64,000 nt of DNA from Blastocatellia bacterium (GCA_963765495.1 CAVXWP010000001.1:32001-96000); one strand, 5' to 3'; positions 17,525 to 28,798 are shown, numbered from the stretch's first letter. Notes: generated from the sequence alone by a model not told the origin. A program made the numbers and translations.

Positions 17525-19021
17525 ATGGTTGAGATAGACGGAGCCTCGCTTACACTTGAACAGATCGAAGCGGTGGCCGATGGCGCAGAGGTGTCGCTTG
17601 CCGGTCAGGCAGTCGAGCGAATAGCGCGCGCGCGGCGGTTTGTCGAAGAGATCATCAGGAGCGGACAGGTCATTTACGGCATAAACACGGGCTTTGGCGC
17701 GCTCGCGGATGTCATGATCGCGCCCGACCGATTGCGCGAACTTCAAATCAATCTGGTGCGGTCGCACTCGTGCGGAGTCGGCGAACCTCTTTCCGAAAGA
17801 GTGGTCAGGGCGATGATCGTCCAGCGCGCAAACGTGCTGGCAAAGGGGTATTCAGGCTGCCGCGCGTTCGTGATCGGAACCTTGATCCAGATGCTCAATC
17901 GAGGCGTGCATCCCGTAATTCCTTCGCGCGGATCGGTCGGGGCCTCGGGCGATCTGGCTCCACTTGCGCATCTGGCGCTGGTGGCCATAGGTGAAGGCGA
18001 GGCCGTCTATAAAGGCGAGCGCTTGCCGGGCGGCGAGGCGCTTGCTCGCGCAGGTATCCTGCCGCTCACCCTCGAAGCGAAAGAGGGGCTTGCCCTGCTC
18101 AACGGGACGCAGGCTATGACGGCCGTTGGCGGCCTCGCTTTGCTTGCGGCCGAACGCCTGGCAAACGCGGCCGATGTGACAGGCGCAATGACGCTTGAGG
18201 CGCTCAAAGGCACACCCGTCGCCTTTGATCATAAGATACAATCCGTACGGCCTCATCCCGGTCAGATGAAGAGCGCCAGACGGCTGCGCGAATTGATCGA
18301 AGAGAGCGAGATTCGAGAATCGCATCGTGATCACAGGGTTGACCCGCGCGTGCAGGATGCCTATGCATTGCGCTGCATGCCGCAGGTGCACGGGGCGGTG
18401 CGCGATGCGCTCGCGCACGCGCGGCGGATTTTAGAGATCGAGATAAACAGCGCGACCGACAATCCATTGATCTTTGCCGATGCGGGCGAGGTGCTTTCAG
18501 GCGGGAACTTTCACGGCGAGCCCGTCGCGCTTGCGCTCGATTACGCCGCCATAGCCGTAGCCGACCTCGGCACTATATCCGAGAGACGCGTAGAACGCCT
18601 CGTCAATCCTGACCTCTCGGGATTGCCCGCTTTTCTCACGCCCGACCCGGGGATGAATTCGGGGCTGATGATCGCGCAGGTAGTCGCTGCTTCGTTGATC
18701 GCAGAAAACAACGTGCTGGCCCACCCGGCATCGGTGGCCAATCTGCCGACCTCTGCCAACAAGGAAGACCACGTCAGCATGGGCATGACGAGCGCCTTGA
18801 AATTCGCTCAAGTGGTAGAAAATGTCGAAAGAATTCTGGCTATCGAATTGATGTGCGCGGCTCAGGGGCTGGAATTTCTAAAACCGCTTCGTCCGGCACC
18901 TCGTCTGAATAGTGTCTATTTGCGCGTGCGGCAACTCGTGCCGCCGCTTGAGCGCGACACGCCGCTTTCGCTTTACATTGAATCGCTTGTCTCGCTTGTG
19001 CGCGATCTCAATCAGGTGTGA
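17525..19021 (+). CDS. hutH: Histidine ammonia-lyase
   Basis: YGINTGFG, GSVGASGDLAPL (MIO-forming ASG), QDAYALRC, GGNFHG and EDHVSMG. Confidence 0.96.
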   Translation: MVEIDGASLTLEQIEAVADGAEVSLAGQAVERIARARRFVEEIIRSGQVIYGINTGFGALADVMIAPDRLRELQINLVRSHSCGVGEPLSERVVRAMIVQRANVLAKGYSGCRAFVIGTLIQMLNRGVHPVIPSRGSVGASGDLAPLAHLALVAIGEGEAVYKGERLPGGEALARAGILPLTLEAKEGLALLNGTQAMTAVGGLALLAAERLANAADVTGAMTLEALKGTPVAFDHKIQSVRPHPGQMKSARRLRELIEESEIRESHRDHRVDPRVQDAYALRCMPQVHGAVRDALAHARRILEIEINSATDNPLIFADAGEVLSGGNFHGEPVALALDYAAIAVADLGTISERRVERLVNPDLSGLPAFLTPDPGMNSGLMIAQVVAASLIAENNVLAHPASVANLPTSANKEDHVSMGMTSALKFAQVVENVERILAIELMCAAQGLEFLKPLRPAPRLNSVYLRVRQLVPPLERDTPLSLYIESLVSLVRDLNQV

Positions 19022-19035
19022 GCCCCGATCGCAGA

Positions 19036-19359
19036 TTACGCGGCAAAGACAATGACGGCGTGATAGACGCTGATGAAGGTGTAGATCACCACTGCCAGAC
19101 GGATGCCCATTCGCGCCGTGCGCAGGTGGGAAAAGTTATAACAGATGAGCAGGCAAAGGGCCGTAAGCGACATCTTTACCAGAAAAAAGACCACCGCGTT
19201 TGTCTGTATAAGCGAATCCATCAATGGATTGCCTTCGGCCGCAACGCCTCGCCCTATGTGTTGCATAGTGGCTACCGCATCATAGCCGGACATAACGATT
19301 GCAGCGACAACGTACATGAACATCTTCTTGTTTTGGAATATCTCTTCCGTTCTATACAT
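19036..19359 (-). CDS. Small membrane protein (DUF5658-like)
   Basis: DAVAT...EGNPLM...FFLVK pattern with 3 hydrophobic helices. Confidence 0.65.
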   Translation of the reverse strand: MYRTEEIFQNKKMFMYVVAAIVMSGYDAVATMQHIGRGVAAEGNPLMDSLIQTNAVVFFLVKMSLTALCLLICYNFSHLRTARMGIRLAVVIYTFISVYHAVIVFAA

Positions 19360-19553
19360 ATTAACCTCTTCTGCTCAATCCTTTAACGCGCGAGACCGGA
19401 ATGGGGATCCAATATCTCACGTGGTCCGAGTATATACTATCGCAATCAAAATGCCAAACAAATTTTTCTGTAAGTTATTGATTCATAACCTGTTTGGGGT
19501 ATATGGGAAGGTGTGGTAGAATCAATCATCCGAGATTTTAGATTTGAGGGAAT

Positions 19554-21215
19554 ATGAGCCAGCCAAGAAAAGTAAAAGCGCCTCGCGGGAGCCGGATCAG
19601 TTGCAAGGGGTGGCATCAGGAGGCCGCGCTCAGGATGCTTATGAACAACCTCGACCCTGATGTCGCCGAAAACCCCGACGATCTGATCGTCTATGGAGGA
19701 ACGGGCAGGGCCGCGCGCGACTGGCGTTCATTTGATGCCATAGTGCGCTCGCTTACAGAGCTTGAAAACGACGAGACCTTGCTCGTGCAATCGGGCAAAC
19801 CCGTAGGCATATTCCGCACACACGAATACGCGCCCCGCGTGCTGATAGCCAATGCCAATCTTGTCGGGCACTGGTCGAACTGGGATGAATTTCACAGGCT
19901 CGAACGGCTGGGGCTTACGATGTATGGTCAGATGACCGCCGGTTCTTGGATATATATCGGGAGTCAGGGAATCGTTCAGGGAACGTTTGAGACCTTTGCC
20001 GCAGCAGCTAATAAACATTTCGGCGGCTCGCTCGATGGCCGATTGATCGTATCGGGCGGAATGGGCGGAATGGGTGGCGCGCAACCGCTTGCCGCCACAC
20101 TAAACGGTGCTTGCTTTCTCGGCATAGACGTAGACCCGGCGCGCATAGAAAAAAGGATCAAGACCCGTTACTGCGACCGCATGGCCGCGAGCCTCGACGA
20201 GGCGCTCCAAATAATCACGGATGCTCGCGCAAAAGGTGAAGCCGTTTCGGTAGGGCTTGTCGGTAACTGCGCCGATGTTTTGCCCGAGCTTGCCAGGCGC
20301 GGCGTCGTGCCCGATATGCTAACCGATCAGACCAGCGCCCACGATGCGCTGAACGGATACGTTCCAAACGGGTTGAGTCTTGAGGAAGCCCTGTCGCTTA
20401 GACGCGATAACCCGGATGAGTATGTTCGACGTTCGATGGATACTATGGCCGCGCACATCCGCGCCATGCTTGAACTGAAACGGATGGGCGCGGTTACTTT
20501 CGATTACGGAAACAACATCCGCGCACAGGCAAAACAGGCGGGCGTAGAGGACGCCTTCGAGATACCGGGTTTTGTGCCCGAATACATAAGACCGCTTTTT
20601 TGCCAGGGCCGAGGCCCTTTCCGTTGGGCCGCTCTTTCCGGCAGCGCCGAGGATATACACAAAACAGACAGCCTCGCGCTCGAACTTTTCCCCGACGATC
20701 AGGTGCTTGCGCGCTGGCTGAAACTTGCGCGCGACCGCGTGCAGTTTCAGGGATTGCCTTCGCGAATTTGCTGGCTCGGCTACGGCGAGCGCGCCGAATT
20801 CGGAGAGGCGATGAATGATTTCGTCCGCACGGGCAAACTCGAAGCTCCGATAGTCATAGGCCGCGATCATCTCGATACTGGATCGGTCGCCTCGCCCTAC
20901 CGCGAGACCGAAGCCATGCTTGACGGCTCGGATGCCATAGCCGACTGGCCTTTGTTGAATGCCCTGCTCAACACAGCGTCGGGCGCGTCCTGGGTTTCGA
21001 TTCATAACGGCGGGGGTGTCGGGATAGGCTATTCGCTACACGCAGGTCAGGTCAGCGTAGCCGACGGGACCGAAGACGGTGCGCGCAGATTGAACCGCGT
21101 GCTGACAAACGACCCCGGCATAGGCATAGCCCGTCACGTAGATGCCGGGTACGAAGAAGCAAGGCAGACGGCCGAAGAAAAGGGCGTGAAAATTCCAGGA
21201 ATGAGTGAAGAGTGA
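19554..21215 (+). CDS. hutU: Urocanate hydratase
   Basis: [39 protein letters not shown] and HNGGGVG. Confidence 0.97.
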   Translation: MSQPRKVKAPRGSRISCKGWHQEAALRMLMNNLDPDVAENPDDLIVYGGTGRAARDWRSFDAIVRSLTELENDETLLVQSGKPVGIFRTHEYAPRVLIANANLVGHWSNWDEFHRLERLGLTMYGQMTAGSWIYIGSQGIVQGTFETFAAAANKHFGGSLDGRLIVSGGMGGMGGAQPLAATLNGACFLGIDVDPARIEKRIKTRYCDRMAASLDEALQIITDARAKGEAVSVGLVGNCADVLPELARRGVVPDMLTDQTSAHDALNGYVPNGLSLEEALSLRRDNPDEYVRRSMDTMAAHIRAMLELKRMGAVTFDYGNNIRAQAKQAGVEDAFEIPGFVPEYIRPLFCQGRGPFRWAALSGSAEDIHKTDSLALELFPDDQVLARWLKLARDRVQFQGLPSRICWLGYGERAEFGEAMNDFVRTGKLEAPIVIGRDHLDTGSVASPYRETEAMLDGSDAIADWPLLNALLNTASGASWVSIHNGGGVGIGYSLHAGQVSVADGTEDGARRLNRVLTNDPGIGIARHVDAGYEEARQTAEEKGVKIPGMSEE

Positions 21216-21284
21216 TACGTGATGCGTGATGCGTTGTTTTGACTTGCTGCTATTTCCGGTCACGAATCACGTATCACGTATCAC
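21205..21284. repeat. Heptamer-arm palindromic element, family A
   Basis: GTGAAGA GTGATAC GTGATGC GTGATGC ... TCACGAA TCACGTA TCACGTA TCAC; fills the gap between convergent hutU and GT genes and contains both stop codons. Confidence 0.85.
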
Positions 21285-23161
21285 TTTTTTACATAAGCGC
21301 GGATGAAGAAGGTCTTGTTGCCTATCTGCAAATCACTGTTCTGATCCGGGCCGATTACGGCAACCGCCTCGAAGTTTTCCTCTATCCATTGCATCAACCC
21401 CTGACAGTAGTCGTGCCCGAAAATCGTGTGCCCAAATTCGGGTGTCGGACGGTTCGTAATCAATACCAGCCGCGTGTCGGATTCGATCAGTTGTTTTATT
21501 GCGCGTTTCTCTCCCTCAGCGTCGAGAAAGCCAGGCGTCGTGATCTCTTCCCTGAGCGGATTTGGACGGTCGGTGAAGAAATTGAGCGATGTGCCTTCGG
21601 GCATGACAGCTACAGGCTCGCCTGGTCGGGTCCGTTCATTGATAAAAGCGATTGCCTTATCGAAAGCTTCTCCTATATCCGGGACCGCCATCATAGTGCC
21701 TCGCGGTGTGACAAGCCTGTAGGTGTTGTTCTTGCGGAAACGGTGCGTGAGCAGCACCGAGGTCGCCGCCACGTCGAGCAATATCAATCCGATTGCAATG
21801 GCTTGCGCCACTCGCCGCGCCCGATGGTTGCGAAATAGATCGGCAAACGGATGTATCCACCAGTAGGTAAACAGCACTACCGATGCGGGTATGAGATAAG
21901 AGCTGTAAGCCCCCCCGCTGCGAACCCGAAACATGACGCGAGCAAGACTCGCCAGCGAAAATACGACAGTCACCACCAAAACGAGCGATTGCTCATAATT
22001 CATTCTGCTTTCGGGTGGCTTATTCCTGGAGTTGATCAGCGCCCAGATCAACAGGAATATCAGCAGCAAAGGCATCGCCAGATAAGGCCCCTTCTCCCAG
22101 TGCAGAAATGTGGCCGTCAAAAGGGCAAGCGAAAGCAATAGCCCGAGCCCCATCATCATCCAGAGCGGTGAAAGTCCGGCCCGGCCCGCGTCGCTTATCA
22201 TTGCATTGGTATCGATTCGAGCTTTGCTTGACGATCTTCTAAAGATCGCAAACATCAAACTGACTGACGCAATGGTGACCGCCATAACCACGATCCTGAG
22301 CAATGCGTCCATCATCAACACAAGCGACTCCGCGGGCTGGTCGAAGCCGGACATTCGCAGATTGAAATAGACCAGTTCTTCCGGCAGATTCCGAAAAAAT
22401 AGAAAGCTCTCATTTGAAAGCGTATGCCAGCTTACTCTTGATGCGATGTACCCATAGACGCCTATAACAATCGTTATAGCGGGCGCGGCAAACAAAAAGA
22501 TCAACCCGGCGCGGCGACGCGGGCCGCTGCGACCTGCAAGCGCCGCCCCGAGAGCGCCCGCGATAAGGGCCGCTACCCCCATCTCCGTCTTTGCCAGTGT
22601 TGTAAGGCCCGCCATAACCCCCGCGGCAAGCAGAAAATATTTGTCCGTCTTCCGTTGTCCGTTTTCCGTAGTTTGCCGTCCGGCCTCTTCAATATACTTG
22701 ATCGTCAGAGCCAGCGTGGCCAGCCCCAGCGCGCAGGCATGCAGGGCGGAATAAGAATAAGGCAAAACGTAATTACCTGCCTGCTTGAATGCACAGAGCC
22801 AGAGGACGCTCAAGGTGGCGGCGGTCGCGCCGAGAGGGTTCATCAATTGTCGTGAGAGCCAGTATATGAGAGCCAGTATTATGATTGCCGTGATGATGCC
22901 ATCGCCATAAAGCACATTGAGCGAGGGGCCGAACAGATCATAGAGCGCCGCGTTCAGGTAAGGTGAGAGCGGCCCGTAAATGTGTCGCACGTCTGAATAA
23001 AGCATCTCGCCGCGAACCAGCCTTAACGGCTGATTCATCTCGCGTCCGCAGTCTACGAGCGGGTTGCCCCACCGCTCCCATGAGAGGGCGAGCCCAACAG
23101 TGAATGAGACGAAGATGAGGGCGACCCAGGGCAGGTCGCGTCCGCTAATTCGTTTGGTCAC
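21281..23161 (-). CDS. GT-C fold (ArnT/PMT-like) membrane glycosyltransferase
   Basis: N-terminal D.GRE...G.MLYSD...IYGPLSPY loop, about 12 TM segments, LAKTE motif, and a C-terminal soluble domain. Confidence 0.75.
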   Translation of the reverse strand: MTKRISGRDLPWVALIFVSFTVGLALSWERWGNPLVDCGREMNQPLRLVRGEMLYSDVRHIYGPLSPYLNAALYDLFGPSLNVLYGDGIITAIIILALIYWLSRQLMNPLGATAATLSVLWLCAFKQAGNYVLPYSYSALHACALGLATLALTIKYIEEAGRQTTENGQRKTDKYFLLAAGVMAGLTTLAKTEMGVAALIAGALGAALAGRSGPRRRAGLIFLFAAPAITIVIGVYGYIASRVSWHTLSNESFLFFRNLPEELVYFNLRMSGFDQPAESLVLMMDALLRIVVMAVTIASVSLMFAIFRRSSSKARIDTNAMISDAGRAGLSPLWMMMGLGLLLSLALLTATFLHWEKGPYLAMPLLLIFLLIWALINSRNKPPESRMNYEQSLVLVVTVVFSLASLARVMFRVRSGGAYSSYLIPASVVLFTYWWIHPFADLFRNHRARRVAQAIAIGLILLDVAATSVLLTHRFRKNNTYRLVTPRGTMMAVPDIGEAFDKAIAFINERTRPGEPVAVMPEGTSLNFFTDRPNPLREEITTPGFLDAEGEKRAIKQLIESDTRLVLITNRPTPEFGHTIFGHDYCQGLMQWIEENFEAVAVIGPDQNSDLQIGNKTFFIRAYVKK

Positions 23162-23226
23162 GATTTAGCGCGATTATAGGCGATCATGTCGGTCAATGAC
23201 AAATATTATTAATCTGACCAGTCAAT

Positions 23227-23760
23227 TCATTCGCCTTGTCGTCTCTCTTTATGTGAGGAGGGGTCGAGTAATTCCGTAGTGTTTTCGGTGACGCTCAAAA
23301 CAGGGGGAGAGAGAGACTCGGGCCGCATATCAACGCCCCTTTGAGCAGGCGGCAACTCCGTTTGTCGAGGCTGCGGAAGCGGGGCCGGGGTTTTGAGCCC
23401 CGGAGCATTTGGCAGGAACCGCGAATAGATCATCATGCCGATGCCTACGAGCACGATCAGACCACCCAGACCCGCAAGCGATGCGATAAACTCTCCGGCC
23501 TGGGAGGCCAGAGTCGAAATCGCGCCGCCCAGTATCCCAAGCAGCGCCGCCAGCAGAATGCCTAACCAGAATACGCCAAACCCCCATCGCATCATTTTGC
23601 GTCGCTCGCTTTGAGCGGGCGCAGATTCCATAGCCGTATCCGTGGGCAGTGTCTGAAGCTGGCCCGTGAGCGCCTGGGAAATTATCTCAAGGCTCATGCC
23701 GCAGGACCTGCAAAACTTTCGACTCTCTGATGTTTCGGTTCCACAATTCGGACAATACAT
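23227..23760 (-). CDS. Zinc-ribbon membrane protein
   Basis: MYCPNCG...KFCRSCG, two TM helices and a C-terminal SVTENTTELL motif. Confidence 0.75.
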   Translation of the reverse strand: MYCPNCGTETSESRKFCRSCGMSLEIISQALTGQLQTLPTDTAMESAPAQSERRKMMRWGFGVFWLGILLAALLGILGGAISTLASQAGEFIASLAGLGGLIVLVGIGMMIYSRFLPNAPGLKTPAPLPQPRQTELPPAQRGVDMRPESLSPPVLSVTENTTELLDPSSHKERRQGE

Positions 23761-23861
23761 GATTTTCCTCGTTTGCAGTTTGCCTGCTTGCGCGCTGCGT
23801 CTGCCCGGAGTCTTAAACATCCGGCGCTCAGATTTTTCTCGATCCCGTTACAGATATTCTA

Positions 23862-24347
23862 TTACAGATATTCGGGCTTGATCAGTTTATCGCGCCGGAA
23901 ACCGTGAGCCAGCCTGTATGATACCAAATAAAAGAGAGGCGAGCGAAACTCGTGATGATGCCTGATGAGATCGAGCGAAAGGTGCAAAATATAGCCCACG
24001 GCTACACCCACAAGAAACGGCGAGTGAATAAAGACGGCAAGTATTGATGTCAGTATCAGCAATTCATATGAGTGAAAAATGAGCGGCAACCGCACGAGTT
24101 TTCGGCGGCGAACATAGCGCGCCATCAATCCCCGCGCGCTTTCGGGGCCAGAGTTTAGACTCTCCCCTTTGGCGGCCTCCAGATAAGGTGCACCGTGCGA
24201 GATAGACCACATCTGATCGAAGATGTGATCTGCGTCTATCAAAAAACCGCCCGCCATTGCGCCCGCAAGCGCCGAGGGCGAACCTGTTGCCCAGTAAAGA
24301 GCGCCGCCTGTCACAAGTGACGACCAGAAATGATGCTTCGTCTTCAT
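23862..24347 (-). CDS. Putative membrane metal-dependent hydrolase (YdjM/DUF457-like)
   Basis: N-terminal His, DADH, FHSYE and HLSLD metal-ligand motifs with TM helices. Confidence 0.6.
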   Translation of the reverse strand: MKTKHHFWSSLVTGGALYWATGSPSALAGAMAGGFLIDADHIFDQMWSISHGAPYLEAAKGESLNSGPESARGLMARYVRRRKLVRLPLIFHSYELLILTSILAVFIHSPFLVGVAVGYILHLSLDLIRHHHEFRSPLFYLVSYRLAHGFRRDKLIKPEYL

Positions 24348-24759
24348 TTCATAAACACTATACAACCTTATACATTTGGCTCGCTACGTGCCCCGGCTCG
24401 CTTTTATGCTCTGAGTGGGAACATCCGCAAGAGAGAGAAATTTGAATAGGGATTTTCGGGGCAACTCGATTACAAGACCAGTGTGGAGTTTTAGGCCAGG
24501 CTTCCGAGACCCTCTCTTATTTTGTCACCTCCTTTACACGCCCTTGACATTGCCGGTTTTTGCATTCAAGCTCAATTCCGGCAATCCAGGCCATGTTTTT
24601 TATCTTACAATGAACGATTGTATACTAACTCGGCGTAAACATCTTCGGTCGTTGCCCGTGGCACAGTAGTTGATCTATAAAAGACGATCCTGGGCAGGTG
24701 GTGCAGGAATATGTCGTTCCTGCTGTCTTAAACGTCGCTTTAAATCGGGGCAGAAAAGG

Positions 24760-27282
24760 TTGGACACAACGCTCACAACAGAAAAGAGACAACTGGCCAC
24801 GCTATACATGTGGCTCATCGTAGCGATTGGCGCAATGCTCTATCCGCTACTGATCATAAGGCTCGATGCGTCTCGTCTCGGTCTGCCCTTTTTTCTCCTC
24901 TCTCTTGTGACGATAGGGGTCGGTTCGCGCATCTGCATAAAGATACCCCGTTTTCAATGTAACGTCTCGATCTCAGACGTCTTCGTCTTTCTGGCGATGT
25001 TTCTCTTCGGCAAAGAACCGGCCGTCTTGCTGGGGGTGGTCGAATCCTCTGCTTCATCGCTTAGAATCACAAAGAACCCTCTTACGCTTGCTTTCAATTC
25101 GGCGGCGATGCTCTGTTCAACCTTTGTGACCGCCGAAGCCCTGAGCTTCTGGTTTGGCCCCTTAACAGAACTGGCTGGCGATGGTCATGTTACACGGCTG
25201 GTGATTGCCTCGGGCACGATGGCAATCCTGCAGTTTGCGACAAACACCGGCATCATTGCCGTAGCCGGCGCTCTCAGGGCCGATAAACCGATCTGGCAAA
25301 CCTGGAATAAGTACTACCGATGGTCATCTGTCAGCTATATAGCCGCGGCGACAGCCGCCGCTATAATCGCCCGGCTGCTGGCGCATATGGGTGTGTCGGC
25401 CTTGATCGCCTTCGTGCCCGTGGTAGCAATTGTATATTTTACCTATCTGACATACGTCAAGAACATCGAAGCCTCCATGTTGCAGGCCGAGCAGGCCAAA
25501 CGCCATCTGGCAGAGTTGCGGGAAAGCGAAGAGCGATTTCATAACGCTTTCGACAACGCTCCAATAGGGATGGCCCTCGTGGGGCTCGACGGCCAGTGGC
25601 TGCAAGTCAATCGCTCGTTGTGCGAGATCGTCGGCTACCAGGAGGCGGAACTGCTGGAGATGACTTTTCACAAGATCACTCATCTGGATGATCTTCATTC
25701 TTTCCTGAATCATTTCCACAAGGTATTAAAGGGTGAATCGGCCATCTGTCAGGCCGAGAAACGTTACCTGCACAAACTCGGTCACGAAGTATGGGTGCTG
25801 GTCAGTGTTTCGCCTCTTCACGATTCGCAAAAAGAGGCTCCTCATTTTATCTTTCAAATCCTGGACATAACCGGCCGCCGTCTTGCCGAGCAGCGTCTGC
25901 GTCAGGAAGCGCTCAACGATGCTCTTACGGGTCTGCCGAATCGGACCTGGTTCATGAATCAATTGAAAGAAGCCTTCGACAACTTGAAGCGGAACAGCGA
26001 AGAGCTTTTTGCGGTCCTGTTTCTGGACCTCGACCGCTTCAAGATCATAAACGATAGCATAGGCCATATCGTGGGCGATCAGCTTCTCATAGGCATTGCC
26101 GACCGGCTCCGTTATTGTGTGCGCAACCCGGATGCGGTTGCCCGCCTGGGAGGGGATGAATTCACCATATTGCTCAAAGGGATTAACAGCCCCGAAGATG
26201 TAATCAGAGTAGCCGAAAGGGTACAGGCGGAACTGGCCCGGCCCTTCAATCTCGGCGGATATGAAACATTTACTACCGTGAGCATCGGCATAGCGTTTCC
26301 CGGCTCCCACCATGAAAAGCCGGATGACCTTTTGCGAGATGCCGATACGGCCATGTATCAGGCGAAATCGCTCGGCAAGGCTCGTCATGTGACGTTCAAC
26401 GAACATATGCACACAAGCGCCATGAATCTGATGAAGCTGGAGTCTGATCTGCGCAAGGCAATCGAGAGAAAGGAATTCCTGCTCCACTATCAGCCGATCA
26501 TATCACTTGAGTCTGCGAGGCTAACGGGCTTTGAAGCGCTCTTGCGCTGGTTCCACCCCGAACGGGGTCTGATCCACCCATCCGAATTCATACCCGTGGC
26601 CGAAGAGACGGGCTTGATCGTGCCAATAGGTCAATGGGTGCTTGAGGAGGCCTGTAGTCAGATGAAACGTTGGCACGAACAATTTCCTCAGAGCGATTCC
26701 CTCTCGATAAGCGTGAATCTTTCGAGCAAGCAATTCGCTCAGCCGGAACTGATCGAGCATATTATTCAAGCTCTGGCTACGAGCCGGCTCGATCCGCACA
26801 GCCTGAAGCTGGAAATCACCGAAAGCGTCGTTATGGAAAACACACAGGCCGCAAACGCCATGCTTGAGCGGCTCCGAGGGCTTGGAGTCGAATTGAGCAT
26901 AGATGATTTCGGGACCGGCTATTCCTCGCTCAGCTACCTCCACCGCCTGCCGATAGATACTTTGAAAATAGATCGCTCTTTTGTCGGGCGAATAACCGAG
27001 AACAACGAGAACAAAGAGATAGTCCGTACGATCATCCATCTGGCCCAGGGGCTGGGAATGAGCGTGATCGCAGAAGGCGTAGAGACAAAAGCACAACTGG
27101 AAAGTCTGCGGGAACTTCATTGCGAAAGCGGACAGGGGTATCTTTTCTCAAGGCCTGTCGACGCGAAAGTGGCTGGCAGCCAGATACAAAAGCTGGCCGA
27201 CGGGCAGGCGGGCGGCGGCTATCTTGAAGACCTCAGCCAGATGGATGAATTCGAGCAACTGGCCAGCACCTACCGAATGTGA
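24760..27282 (+). CDS. Membrane-bound PAS-GGDEF-EAL diguanylate cyclase/phosphodiesterase
   Basis: N-terminal TMs, PAS (FDNAPIGMALV), DALTGLPNR, RLGGDEF, FEALLRW and IDDFGTGYSSL; start uncertain (24670-24808). Confidence 0.93.
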   Translation: MDTTLTTEKRQLATLYMWLIVAIGAMLYPLLIIRLDASRLGLPFFLLSLVTIGVGSRICIKIPRFQCNVSISDVFVFLAMFLFGKEPAVLLGVVESSASSLRITKNPLTLAFNSAAMLCSTFVTAEALSFWFGPLTELAGDGHVTRLVIASGTMAILQFATNTGIIAVAGALRADKPIWQTWNKYYRWSSVSYIAAATAAAIIARLLAHMGVSALIAFVPVVAIVYFTYLTYVKNIEASMLQAEQAKRHLAELRESEERFHNAFDNAPIGMALVGLDGQWLQVNRSLCEIVGYQEAELLEMTFHKITHLDDLHSFLNHFHKVLKGESAICQAEKRYLHKLGHEVWVLVSVSPLHDSQKEAPHFIFQILDITGRRLAEQRLRQEALNDALTGLPNRTWFMNQLKEAFDNLKRNSEELFAVLFLDLDRFKIINDSIGHIVGDQLLIGIADRLRYCVRNPDAVARLGGDEFTILLKGINSPEDVIRVAERVQAELARPFNLGGYETFTTVSIGIAFPGSHHEKPDDLLRDADTAMYQAKSLGKARHVTFNEHMHTSAMNLMKLESDLRKAIERKEFLLHYQPIISLESARLTGFEALLRWFHPERGLIHPSEFIPVAEETGLIVPIGQWVLEEACSQMKRWHEQFPQSDSLSISVNLSSKQFAQPELIEHIIQALATSRLDPHSLKLEITESVVMENTQAANAMLERLRGLGVELSIDDFGTGYSSLSYLHRLPIDTLKIDRSFVGRITENNENKEIVRTIIHLAQGLGMSVIAEGVETKAQLESLRELHCESGQGYLFSRPVDAKVAGSQIQKLADGQAGGGYLEDLSQMDEFEQLASTYRM

Positions 27283-27337
27283 CTGATTCCATTCACTCGT
27301 TCGCTTACCCAATCATAGCCCCAATTGTTATGATAGA

Positions 27338-27433
27338 TGATGCGTGACGCGTGATGCGTGATTTTCAGCCAGAGGGCTATTTACAGAGCTACCCTGACTC
27401 TTGCCGATCACGCATCACGCATTACGCATCATC
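27338..27433. repeat. Heptamer-arm palindromic element, family A
   Basis: TGATGCG TGACGCG TGATGCG TGAT ... ATCACGC ATCACGC ATTACGC ATCA upstream of hemL. Confidence 0.85.
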
Positions 27434-27468
27434 CGTCACCAACTTTTATCCGTGAGAGGCAATCATTT

Positions 27469-28773
27469 ATGGCCAGGATTGACAGCAGCAAATCAGCAGA
27501 ACTCTTTGAACGCGCCGAGCGAGTTATACCGGGCGGAGTCAACAGTCCCGTTCGCGCCTTTCGAGCCGTGGGCCGCTCGCCCCTGTTTATAGATCAGGCC
27601 GCAGGCTCGAACATAGCCGACGCAGACGGGAATACCTATACCGATTACGTAGGCTCGTGGGGGCCTATGATTTTGGGCCACGCCCACCCATCCGTTATCT
27701 CGGCCATACGCGAGGCGGCCGGGCGAGGGACCAGCTACGGCGCTCCGACCGAAATCGAGATAGAGCTTGCCGAAGAGATCATCGCCGCCTTTCCTTCCAT
27801 AGAAAAAGTGAGACTGACAAGCTCAGGAACCGAAGCCACCATGAGCGCGCTCAGACTTGCGCGCGGGTTTACAGGGCGCGACCGGGTCATAAAATTCGAA
27901 GGCTGCTATCACGGCCACACAGACAGTCTGCTGGTAAAAGCCGGGTCGGGTCTGGCCACTTTCGGCTCGCCCGACAGCGCGGGCGTCCCTTCGGATTTCG
28001 CCCGCAATACGATAGTGCTTCCATACAACGATGAAGAATCGCTTCGCGAGGCTTTCAAAGCGCAGGGGAGCGAAATCGCCTGTGTGATCATCGAACCCGT
28101 GGCGGGCAATATGGGATGCGTGCCGCCGCGACCCGGGTTTCTCGAAGCCGTCCGCGAAGTGACCGCTCATTACGGCGCGTTGCTGATCTTTGATGAGGTT
28201 ATAACCGGGTTTCGCGTGGCTTATGGAGGCGCGCAGGAACTATACGGCGTAAGAGCCGACCTGACCTGCCTGGGCAAGATAATCGGCGGCGGATTGCCTA
28301 TGGGCGCATTCGGCGGGCGGCGCGATATTATGGAACGGCTTGCTCCGCTCGGCCCGGTCTATCAGGCGGGCACGCTATCGGGCAACCCGCTCGCGGTGAC
28401 TGCCGGGTTGACTACGCTTAAGCTTATTAAAAAGATCAGCCCTTATGAAGAACTCGAACGTCGCGGTCGCATGCTTGAAGAGGGGTTGCGCGAGGCAGCC
28501 CGCGAGGCAAGCGTAGTTTCAACGATCAATCGGGTAGGCTCGATGCTCACAACTTTTTTTACCGAGGGGCCTGTCACCGACTGGACTGCCGCAAAGGCGT
28601 CTGACACTGATATGTACGCGCAATATTTCCGGGCCATGCTTGAAGAGGGAATATATCTTGCGCCCTCACAGTTTGAATGCGCCTTTGTGAGTATGGCGCA
28701 TATTGACGAAGTCATCACGGGTACGATTGAGGCGTCGCGCCGGGCAATGCGCGAATTGAAAGGACAGAAGTAA
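27469..28773 (+). CDS. hemL: Glutamate-1-semialdehyde 2,1-aminomutase
   Basis: [43 protein letters not shown] and [10 protein letters not shown]; start moved to MARIDS. Confidence 0.96.
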   Translation: MARIDSSKSAELFERAERVIPGGVNSPVRAFRAVGRSPLFIDQAAGSNIADADGNTYTDYVGSWGPMILGHAHPSVISAIREAAGRGTSYGAPTEIEIELAEEIIAAFPSIEKVRLTSSGTEATMSALRLARGFTGRDRVIKFEGCYHGHTDSLLVKAGSGLATFGSPDSAGVPSDFARNTIVLPYNDEESLREAFKAQGSEIACVIIEPVAGNMGCVPPRPGFLEAVREVTAHYGALLIFDEVITGFRVAYGGAQELYGVRADLTCLGKIIGGGLPMGAFGGRRDIMERLAPLGPVYQAGTLSGNPLAVTAGLTTLKLIKKISPYEELERRGRMLEEGLREAAREASVVSTINRVGSMLTTFFTEGPVTDWTAAKASDTDMYAQYFRAMLEEGIYLAPSQFECAFVSMAHIDEVITGTIEASRRAMRELKGQK

Positions 28774-28798
28774 GCCGAAGACTTTAGAAAATGAAGAA

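Noticed and set aside
24366-24759. Possible riboswitch upstream of the GGDEF-EAL gene
   Set aside because: No recognisable aptamer consensus by eye; more likely divergent promoter DNA.
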